From an uncultured Thermotogae bacterium (GTDB taxonomy: Bacteria > Bipolaricaulota > Bipolaricaulia > RBG-16-55-9), in the NCBI GenBank assembly GCA_964567595.1, contig CAZMNF010000002.1, positions 39,149 to 103,148 on the forward strand: a stretch of 64,000 nucleotides of DNA, given 5' to 3'. Of this stretch, positions 1 to 7,131 are shown piece after piece. The notes under the pieces are model-generated. The model made no database searches. It was not told the origin of the DNA and was given only the letters and a program-made list of their open reading frames with translations. Position 1 is the first letter of the stretch; each line of letters starts with the position of its first letter. Position numbers and translations under genes: made by a program.

Positions 1-1359
1 GGCGTCCTTCTTGCCGTCCCCGTCGTCGTCCGAGCCGCCGTCGACGATCGTGCGCCGGATCAAATCGGGCTGACCGTCGTCATCCTGATCGATCACCGTC
101 TGGCGGTTCTGGCCGCCGATGTAGGGGCACTTGCCGACCCAGCCCACTTCCAGCGTCGTCGGATCGCCGTCGTCGACGCGGTGGGTGATCTTCTTGCCGA
201 AGGTGTCGTTGCTGACGCACCAGACCTCGATCTTAATGTTCTCGAATTCCCGGACGTTGGAGGGATAAAAGATGTCGGGGATGCCGTCGTTGTTGACGTC
301 CTCTCGGGTCCCGCGATTCTGAGCGGGGCAGAACTTGTCCTTGAGGCTCTGCTGCTGTTGCTGCTGTTGTTGGCGCTGTCCGTCTCCGGCCGACTGCCGC
401 TGGCGCTGGACCCCTTCGACCATGATCGCTTGGGCTTCCGTGTTGAGCGCCACTTGCTCGATTTGCTCGCCGACTTGCACGGTCTGATGCTCTTCGTCTT
501 GGCCGAGTTTGCCGGATTTCTGCGTCTGTTGCTCTTGCCGCTGGAAAGAGGCGACGATCAGCGAGCAGTCGTCATCGCGGGCCTGGACCTGGAAGCCTCG
601 CTCGCCCTGGCGTTGGACCGGCACGTCGTGGTTGATTCTGAGGTCGGCGCTCGTCTCAACCGCCCGATTCTGCTCGGGGAAGATCCACGTCCAGGTCTCG
701 CCGATGCCGTCCTTGTCGCAGTCCTGATTGACGCCGTACTGCTGCTGCTGCCCGGGCGAGCCCTGGACTTGCAGCGTCACCTGATCTTCCTCGTATTGGG
801 CGCCGACGATGTTCGTCGCCCCTTGGGCTTGGGCCTGCTTGCCCAACGGCTTGCCGTCGGAGCCGACCGGCGGCGCGTTGAAGTCGGGGTCCTCGGTCTC
901 GCGCCCTTCCCACTTCGGCTCCGGGTCGAAGCCCTCGCGCTGGCACGGGCTGACCGTGACCGTCGTGGAGGCGCTGGCGGTGCCGCCGCCCGAGGACGCC
1001 TCGATCTCGACGCGCAGCGTCCCGCCGCCCTCAAGCGTCAAATCGAACGTCACTTGACCCGAGGCGGCGTTGCGCGTCTGGGTCAACGTCCGTCCGTCCG
1101 GCAGGACGAGGGTAATGCTGACGTCCGGGCTCTCGGCGTCAGTGACGGTCCATTCAGCGGTGACGCGATGGGATGTCTGCTTCCCGCAGATCGCCTCGCC
1201 GCTGGCCGAGACCTGCACGCCGATGGCCGCCGTTCGGCCCAACACCGTCTGCTCCAGTGGCCGTCCTGCATCGGAAAGAACAAACATTCCGCCAACGATG
1301 AGCGTCAGCAGCGCTGTTGCGATCTTAAGTCCTCGGCGTCGTCCAAGTCGATCGTTCAT
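1..1359 (-). CDS. Anchored or secreted Asp/Gln-rich protein with DxDxDG-type putative Ca-binding loops (N-terminal 453 codons; the gene runs off the left edge, so it is absent from the ORF track)
   Basis: Hand translation of the minus strand from ATG 1359..1357 is stop-free to position 1: MNDRLGRRRGLKIATALLTLIVGG... It contains a poly-Q run (QRQQQQQQQQS) and the loops NNDGIPD, DQDDDGQPD and SDDDGDGKKD. GGAGG lies upstream, and there is an ATGA overlap (1356..1359) with the stop of the upstream gene. Confidence 0.6.
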   Translation of the reverse strand, partial: MNDRLGRRRGLKIATALLTLIVGGMFVLSDAGRPLEQTVLGRTAAIGVQVSASGEAICGKQTSHRVTAEWTVTDAESPDVSITLVLPDGRTLTQTRNAASGQVTFDLTLEGGGTLRVEIEASSGGGTASASTTVTVSPCQREGFDPEPKWEGRETEDPDFNAPPVGSDGKPLGKQAQAQGATNIVGAQYEEDQVTLQVQGSPGQQQQYGVNQDCDKDGIGETWTWIFPEQNRAVETSADLRINHDVPVQRQGERGFQVQARDDDCSLIVASFQRQEQQTQKSGKLGQDEEHQTVQVGEQIEQVALNTEAQAIMVEGVQRQRQSAGDGQRQQQQQQQQSLKDKFCPAQNRGTREDVNNDGIPDIFYPSNVREFENIKIEVWCVSNDTFGKKITHRVDDGDPTTLEVGWVGKCPYIGGQNRQTVIDQDDDGQPDLIRRTIVDGGSDDDGDGKKDA

Positions 1360-2057
1360 GATGAATCGTTCGCCTCCTTCTCGGTAGATGGTTGAGCGTC
1401 CGACGCCTCATGGGAGTCGGCGGACGTCTTGGTTTCGATCTGCCGTTCGAGCTTCGAGCGCTCGACTGAGCCCTCGCGTTTCCAGACGACGATGCCGCGA
1501 GCGTCGATCAGGAACGTGGCCGGCAGGCTGGCCACGCGATACGTCGTGGCCACCTCGCCCGTCCGATCGATCGCCAGCGGATAGTCCGCGCCGACGCGCT
1601 CGGCGAACGCGCGCACCGTTGGTTTTGCTTCGCCGACGTTCAGCCCGACCACGAGCAGGTCATCGTAGGTGCCGTCCAACGAGTTGAGCATGGGCATTTC
1701 GTGCTTGCAAAACGGACAATACGTGGCCCAGGCGTTGATCAGGACGGGCCGTCCGCGCTGTTCGCTCAGCCGAAACTGATCGCCCGCGATCGTCGAGAGC
1801 TCGAAATCGGGTGCCCGTTGGCCCACGCGGGGTCCGGTCTCGACGCCATCGTCCGAGGCGGTCTTCATCTCAGTTTCTTCCGCCTCGGCCTGCTGGGAGG
1901 TCTCACGCTGGGTCGGTTGGCCATCGTCTGCGAGCTCCGTCGTTGAGGACGAGACGGCGGGCCGATCGCCGCCCAACGATAGACTTAGCGCCAGAAGCCC
2001 GACGCCAACGGCGGCAACCGCCGTCGGCGTCCTGAGCGAGATCCAGGAGCGCGTCAT
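1356..2057 (-). CDS. TlpA/ResA-like membrane-anchored thiol:disulfide oxidoreductase (thioredoxin fold)
   Basis: WATYCPFCKHE CxxC motif, an N-terminal hydrophobic segment, and the redoxin-like block LPATFLIDARGIVV. I chose ATG 2057 because it makes an ATGA overlap with the upstream stop (2054..2057); the track start at 2069 is a GTG. Confidence 0.85.
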   Translation of the reverse strand: MTRSWISLRTPTAVAAVGVGLLALSLSLGGDRPAVSSSTTELADDGQPTQRETSQQAEAEETEMKTASDDGVETGPRVGQRAPDFELSTIAGDQFRLSEQRGRPVLINAWATYCPFCKHEMPMLNSLDGTYDDLLVVGLNVGEAKPTVRAFAERVGADYPLAIDRTGEVATTYRVASLPATFLIDARGIVVWKREGSVERSKLERQIETKTSADSHEASDAQPSTEKEANDSS

Positions 2058-5000
2058 TGTTGGATCCACCCCTGCAGCTGCAGGCTCTGCGGCGCAATGA
2101 TCAGAGGACGTGCGGCCACTTGGGCTTGGAAGTTGGGCGGCGTTGCCGACAGGAACAGAATGGGGCCTCCTTGTTGGGAGGCTCGTTGGAGATCGCGAGC
2201 CATGTTCTGCGGCAGGAAATTGTCCTCCTCGGCCGGCACGTACGACGCGTTCGCGTAGACGTTGGGATCGGGGACGTAGACCGCCAAGGGAGCGGTGGTC
2301 TCAACGCGCGAGCGCAGATACTCGCGGGTCGTCAAACACGTCGCCGTGCGGCCTTCCGATTGACAGTCGATTTGGAGTTCATTCGAGCCGGGTTGGGCCG
2401 TGTAGCTTGACGTGAAACCGCCCCCGAACTGCGCCCCATCGGCAAAGTAGACGCCAAAGATGTGGTACGGCTGCGCGCTGTTCGCGCTCAGGTTGACCGT
2501 CAGGCCATCGATGATGGTCTGCGGCAGGATGTCGCTCGGAGCCGATCGGAGCAGCTCCTTCAGTTGCTGGCTAGCTTGGAGTTTGAGTGTCGGCGTTGCG
2601 GACGAATCGTCCCCGCCTTCGCCATTGGTGGCTTGGACCTCGATGCGAACCGTCAACGTGCCGACGGCTTGGTTGGCGAAATTGAACAGGCGGTAGACGA
2701 CCTCATACGTCTCCGTACGGTTCGGAAGAAAGCCGTCCAGTTGGCCGGTGTTGCTGTCGAAACTGATCTGGAACCCGACGTCGGACGGCAGAGAGCTGGA
2801 CACCTTGTCGACGCTGATGACGCCGTTGTTATCGAGGTCATTCCTCAATTCTGACGGGATCTCCCGAGCGGCCACGTGGAACTGGCCCCCGTCGAAGGTG
2901 CCGAAATCCCACGTCAATTGGAGGTTGGACGTCGATTCGGACTGACAGGAGATCTCCTGAACTGACCGGTTGTTGCCCTCGTTCGACTCGGCAACGCGGT
3001 CGCTCGGATCGGCCATGGCGGTCAAGGCGACGTTGGCTTCGTCGCAAAGGAACTCAAAGAACGTCAAGGTCCGCGTCTGCCCCGCACCCAGGCGCGAGAC
3101 GCTCTGCGATCGTTGTTCGTTGGAGCCACTCACCTGGACGTTGAAGCTTCGGGTTACGGCCGCGGAGCCGCGGTTGCGGACCGTAACGTCGAGGCTGAAC
3201 GTGCCACCCCGGCTCGGTTCGCCAGGCGACGCTGAGATGGACTCGATCACGAGATCGGCCTCTTGAGCGACCTCCTCGCGCTCGGCCTCATAGATCGCTG
3301 AGACGGAGGCGTTCTGGCTCGGCATGGACAGCGTCGTGCGCGCGTTGGTCGAGATCTGGTTGCCGCCCCGCTCCCAGGCGACGAACTGGAGCGTCGTGCC
3401 GTTCTGCGCCACCGACGAGGGCGCATTGAGCGTCACCTGCCTGCCCGAGGCGTAGGGCTTGCTGAACGGCGTCGTCCGCGTGAATTGGCCGCTGTTGTCC
3501 TGGACGGAGATGTCGACGTTGAGGCGACGGATGCTCGACGCCACGCCCGTTTCCGAGCTCGAGCGATCGCGGGCGAAGGCGTCGACGTTCAAGATGGGCA
3601 ACCGCTCGCAGCTGCCTTGCAGGCACTCCTCGTTCAGGGTTGCCTCGGTGGTGGCTTGGAACTGGCCGAGCAGATCGACGGACGCGTCGGCAACCGACTG
3701 GGCTTCAGCAGCGGCCTGGGCTTGAGCGTTGGCCAGCGCGGCCACGTTGGCTGTAGCGTCGGCCCGGGCTCTTGCCTCGGCTTCGGCCTCGGCGCTCGCC
3801 TCGGCGGCTGCTTGGGCGTTTGCGGTCGCCTCGGCCAGGGTGCTCGCCTGCGCGGATGCCTGCGCCTCGGCGTCGGCGATCGCCTGCGCACTGGCGGCCG
3901 TCTCCGCGCGGGCCTGGGCCAAAGCGCTCGCCGCCGCGCGCGCGCTTGCCACGGCGTCGGCCTGCGCCTGGGCTGCTGCCTGAGCCGCCGCGTTCGCCTG
4001 GACTTGAGCTTCCACGCCCGTTTGGGCGGCGGCGTGGGCCTGGGCGGCGGCGCTGGCCTGAGCATTGGCCGCTGCCATGGCCTGGCTGCTCGCGTCCGCT
4101 TGTGCTGCGGCAAATGCCTCCGCCGCGGCTTGGACGTTCGTCTGCGCCTGCGACTGTGCCTGCGCCAACGCCTTGGTGGCCGTCGCCACCGACGCTTGCG
4201 CGCTCGCCTGGGCGCTCGCGGCCGCTTGGGCTTCGGTTTGGGCTTGGGCGGAGGCCTGAACGGCCGCCTGCACCTGCGAGGCAACCTCCTGGAGGTTGCC
4301 GTTTGACGCCGCGTCGGTCGCGGCTTGCGCAGCTGATTCCGCTTCGGATGCCGCCTCGGCGGCGGCCTCGGCACGCGAGGACGCCTCCGCTTCCGCCTCG
4401 GCCAGCGCCTCCGCCAGTGCCTCCGCCTCCGCCTCGGCGTTGGCCTGAGCTTTGGCGATGGCTTCAGCGGAGGCCTCGGCTCGACTCACCGCCTCGCTGA
4501 ACGCTTGCGCGAGGGCTTCGGCGGCGGATTGCGCCTCCGAGCGGGCCTCGGCAGCCGCCTCCGCTTCCGCCTCGGCGGTTGCCTGCGCTTCGGCGAGCGC
4601 CTGGGCGGCGGCTTCGGCCTGCGCCTTGGCTTCAGCGGCCGCCTCGGCTGCGGCTTGCGCCTCGGATTGGGCCGTGCCCTCGGCCTTCGAAGCCGCCTCG
4701 GCCGCGGCCTCAGCCGCGGCCACGGCCTTGGCCCGGGCGTCCGCCACGGCCTGGGCAAGCGACTCGGCTCGGGATGCCGCTTGGGCCGCGGCCGTCGCAT
4801 GGGCGTTCGCCCGCGCCTGCGCGGACGCCGCCGCGTCGGCCTCGGCTTGAGCCACGCTCAGCGCTTGTCCGACGGCGGACGCCGACGCATCGGCGGACGC
4901 GCTGGAGCGCGCCAACGCGTCGACGTAGGCGTTGGCAACGCCCTCGACGTTGGTCGTCACCTGGCCGCATTCGAACTCGTTGACGATCTCATCCCGAAAG

Positions 5001-5746
5001 GTCTCCGTGCGATCCCGCGCGCTCGCTTCGGCGCCGTCGACGGATTCCGCTGCGGATGAGGCCCGATCGCGGGCTTGGGCCGCGTCGGAGGCGTTCGCTT
5101 CGGCTTCGGCGCTCGATTCCGCCGTGGCCTCGGCGCTCGCTTGCGCGCTGGCTTGCGCCTGCGCCGCCGCCTCGGCGCGACTGCTCGCGCGTGCGTTGGC
5201 CTCGGCGGCCGATTCGGCCTGCGACGCCGCCAACGACGAGGCCGACGCAGCGGCTTCGGCGGTGGCCTGGGCTGAGCTTTCCGCGGCTGCTTGAGCTTGG
5301 GCGGCGGCCTCGGAGATCACCGAGAGCTGCTCGCTCACTTGCGCCTTGGCTTCCGATATGGCGCTTACGGATGCCTGGGCGCGGGTCTCCGCTTGCGCGG
5401 CCGCCTGGGCGATCGCGTCCGCCTGGGATTTCGCCTGAGCCTGCGCCTCGCTGACCGATTCAGCAAAGGCCCGAGCCCGAGAGAGCGCCTCCGATAGGCT
5501 CTCCACCCGAGATCGCGCGTTGGCCACCTCTCGATCGCGCGACTCGGCAATGGCGGATGCGGCGGACTCGGCTCGACTGGCGGCTTGGGTGGCCGCCTCG
5601 GCGGCGTTCTGCGCGGTGGTTGCAAGCTCAGATGGGACCTTGCCATCCTCAGGTCCGCCTTCTTGGGCCGATCCGAGATGGAGCATCGTGGTCAAGCTGA
5701 GCAACAGTAGCCCGGCGAGTAGCGCCCACCTTCGATTTGAGGTCAT
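2054..5746 (-). CDS. Giant (about 1,230 aa) exported Ala-rich protein with C-terminal beta-rich modules (InlB-B-repeat-like, CARDB-like, Ig-like)
   Basis: AAAGGAGG lies 7 nt upstream of ATG 5746 (MTSNRRWALLAGLLLLSL...LGSAQE signal/anchor). About 650 aa are A/Q/E/S low complexity. The CARDB-like block is DLVIESISASPGEP...DPSDRVAESNEGNN; the B-repeat-like block is GRQVTLNAPSS...FVAWERGG. Confidence 0.8.
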   Translation of the reverse strand: MTSNRRWALLAGLLLLSLTTMLHLGSAQEGGPEDGKVPSELATTAQNAAEAATQAASRAESAASAIAESRDREVANARSRVESLSEALSRARAFAESVSEAQAQAKSQADAIAQAAAQAETRAQASVSAISEAKAQVSEQLSVISEAAAQAQAAAESSAQATAEAAASASSLAASQAESAAEANARASSRAEAAAQAQASAQASAEATAESSAEAEANASDAAQARDRASSAAESVDGAEASARDRTETFRDEIVNEFECGQVTTNVEGVANAYVDALARSSASADASASAVGQALSVAQAEADAAASAQARANAHATAAAQAASRAESLAQAVADARAKAVAAAEAAAEAASKAEGTAQSEAQAAAEAAAEAKAQAEAAAQALAEAQATAEAEAEAAAEARSEAQSAAEALAQAFSEAVSRAEASAEAIAKAQANAEAEAEALAEALAEAEAEASSRAEAAAEAASEAESAAQAATDAASNGNLQEVASQVQAAVQASAQAQTEAQAAASAQASAQASVATATKALAQAQSQAQTNVQAAAEAFAAAQADASSQAMAAANAQASAAAQAHAAAQTGVEAQVQANAAAQAAAQAQADAVASARAAASALAQARAETAASAQAIADAEAQASAQASTLAEATANAQAAAEASAEAEAEARARADATANVAALANAQAQAAAEAQSVADASVDLLGQFQATTEATLNEECLQGSCERLPILNVDAFARDRSSSETGVASSIRRLNVDISVQDNSGQFTRTTPFSKPYASGRQVTLNAPSSVAQNGTTLQFVAWERGGNQISTNARTTLSMPSQNASVSAIYEAEREEVAQEADLVIESISASPGEPSRGGTFSLDVTVRNRGSAAVTRSFNVQVSGSNEQRSQSVSRLGAGQTRTLTFFEFLCDEANVALTAMADPSDRVAESNEGNNRSVQEISCQSESTSNLQLTWDFGTFDGGQFHVAAREIPSELRNDLDNNGVISVDKVSSSLPSDVGFQISFDSNTGQLDGFLPNRTETYEVVYRLFNFANQAVGTLTVRIEVQATNGEGGDDSSATPTLKLQASQQLKELLRSAPSDILPQTIIDGLTVNLSANSAQPYHIFGVYFADGAQFGGGFTSSYTAQPGSNELQIDCQSEGRTATCLTTREYLRSRVETTAPLAVYVPDPNVYANASYVPAEEDNFLPQNMARDLQRASQQGGPILFLSATPPNFQAQVAARPLIIAPQSLQLQGWIQQ
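3680..5630 (-). repeat. Low-complexity coding region: alternating Ala-x (x = E/Q/S/T/N) tracts in two blocks split by a Cys-containing linker at about 4921..5000
   Basis: Runs such as AEAEAEALAEALAEAEAEA and SAQASAQASAEATAESSAEAEA. In a hand-counted 139-residue stretch, 71 residues are Ala. All six frames are open here because of the GCN-rich codon periodicity. Confidence 0.85.
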
Positions 5747-6044
5747 CACGTAGCCTCCTTTCGTAGAGTCCTCCACGGCTTTTCAATTGAGTGGAGGTTC
5801 GTCTTCCCCATCGCCATGAGGGTGACGTCACAGATCGATTCCAGACTTTTAACACATTCGCGTTAACATTCCGTTAACTCTCCTTTGCTACATTTTTGAG
5901 GGCCGTTATGATGATCTGTGTTGGAGCATTACGAGCTCGAGTCAACGCACCTTTGCCAGAGCTATGGATCTGCTGTCGATCCGTCATCGATCCCCGTCAA
6001 CCGCACCCGACCCGGGTCGTCCGACAGTCGATCGGCTGAGGCGG

Positions 6045-6138
6045 GATACTGATCACCGCATAAGTGTCGTACAGGGATTTGCGCTACGTTGACTCGGATT
6101 GCGCATTTTGGATGCAGGGCTTGTGCAGTGATCTATAG
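6045..6138. repeat. Degenerate copy of the inverted-repeat element found at 56505..56600
   Basis: TACTGATCACCGCATAAGT (6047..6065) versus TACTGACCACCGCATAAGT (56507..56525). An imperfect inverted partner, GCAGTGATCTATAG, sits at 6125..6138 (10 of 14 positions pair). The spacer is 65 nt, against 66 nt in the other copy. Confidence 0.45.
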
Positions 6139-6202
6139 TTTAGGCGAGATCCACGGTTGCTTGTGGACGCGGTCGTTAGGGCCTAGGATAGCCCGTTCGC
6201 TC

Positions 6203-6862
6203 ATGGCCATCGAGATCTACTTGATCCGCCACGGTCAGACCGACTGGAACCGCGACCGCATCTGCATGGGGCAGAAGGACGTGCCGCTCAACCAACTCGG
6301 CCATGAGCAGGCACTTCTGGCTGCCGATCGGCTGCGCGAGGTCCCCGTCACGACGATCGTGAGCAGCGACCTGACGCGCACGATCGAAACGGCGCAGCCA
6401 TTGGCCGAGATCCACGGCCTGTCGGTGAATACCGACGCGGCCTTTCGCGAGCTGGATTACGGCGATTGGCAGGGAATTCCGCAGGACGAGCTGCCCCGGC
6501 ACTATCCGGAGGCGTTCCGAGAGGACCCGCGGTTGGATCCGCTGGGCTTCCATCCCGACGGCGGCGAGCGCGTCCGAGACCTCTACGGTCGGGTGACGTC
6601 AGCGTTCGATCGACTGATCGAGCTACAGCGAGAGCGAACCATTGCCCTCGTTGCGCATGGCGGCGTCGTGCGCTGTCTCGCCAACTACGTCCTCGGGCAG
6701 GGCGCGCACGCGCTGGAGGGAACGTTTTTCAGCCTCGGCTTTACCGTCAGCAACGGCGGCATCACGCTGATACGGGTGACGACTGACGAGACGCCGCAAC
6801 TGATCCATCTGAACGATACCTGTCACCTCGCGTCGCTGTCCGAGTCCTCCGCAGCCGCGTAG
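6203..6862 (+). CDS. Histidine phosphatase family protein (phosphoglycerate mutase-like / CobC-like)
   Basis: MAIEIYLIRHGQTDWN (RHG motif) and a distal HGG (VAHGGVVR). The start is trimmed to ATG 6203 from the track ORF at 6089. Confidence 0.85.
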   Translation: MAIEIYLIRHGQTDWNRDRICMGQKDVPLNQLGHEQALLAADRLREVPVTTIVSSDLTRTIETAQPLAEIHGLSVNTDAAFRELDYGDWQGIPQDELPRHYPEAFREDPRLDPLGFHPDGGERVRDLYGRVTSAFDRLIELQRERTIALVAHGGVVRCLANYVLGQGAHALEGTFFSLGFTVSNGGITLIRVTTDETPQLIHLNDTCHLASLSESSAAA

Positions 6863-7116
6863 GCCCGCTCCAGGCGTCGCATCTCCGCGATGATCGTCTC
6901 GAAGATGTGTCGGACGGACTCGGCGTCCAGCGGTCCCTCATTGGCTTCCAGCAGGCGCTCGACGATGGCCGTCTCTCGATCGGGATCGACAATGGAGGCC
7001 CCAGCGTCGGCTTTGGCACGGCCGATTTGCCTGACCGACTCCAGGCGTTGGTTGAGCAGCCGCAGCAGCTCGGCATCGATCTCGTCGATGTGACGGCGCC
7101 GATCGTCGATGCTCAC
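6823..7116 (-). CDS. Chorismate mutase (AroQ class, monofunctional)
   Basis: ID.ID.ELL.LLN.R....IG..K and the helical pattern typical of AroQ; 97 aa; GTG start 15 nt after the vWA gene stop. Confidence 0.8.
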   Translation of the reverse strand: MSIDDRRRHIDEIDAELLRLLNQRLESVRQIGRAKADAGASIVDPDRETAIVERLLEANEGPLDAESVRHIFETIIAEMRRLERAYAAAEDSDSDAR

Positions 7117-7131
7117 GGAGCGTGTCTCCGA

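Noticed and set aside
181-1395. 404-aa plus-strand ORF (Leu/Arg/Asp-rich) covering the left edge
   Set aside because: It is the antisense frame of the edge-truncated minus-strand gene 1..1359, which has a real RBS, signal anchor and domain-like motifs. The plus-strand product is low-complexity, with poly-Leu that is the mirror of the poly-Gln codons.
3485-5500. Many 60-270-aa ORFs in all frames across the Ala-rich region (e.g. 3485..4306 +, 3634..4374 -, 3772..4500 +, 4452..4850 +)
   Set aside because: GCN-rich 6-nt periodicity removes stop codons from every frame. The products are Arg/Pro/Gly or Ala/Ser/Cys homopolymer-like mirrors of the real frame and have no start signals.
6101-6115. GCGCATTTTGGATGC, resembling CGCATTTGGATGCG at 48037..48050 (both intergenic mini-hairpins GCAT-N4/5-ATGC)
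   Set aside because: A ~13-nt match with one indel. At 48 kb it overlaps the proposed -35 box, but at 6.1 kb the spacing to TATAGT (6134..6139) is wrong for a promoter. I could not exclude chance, so no shared function is claimed.
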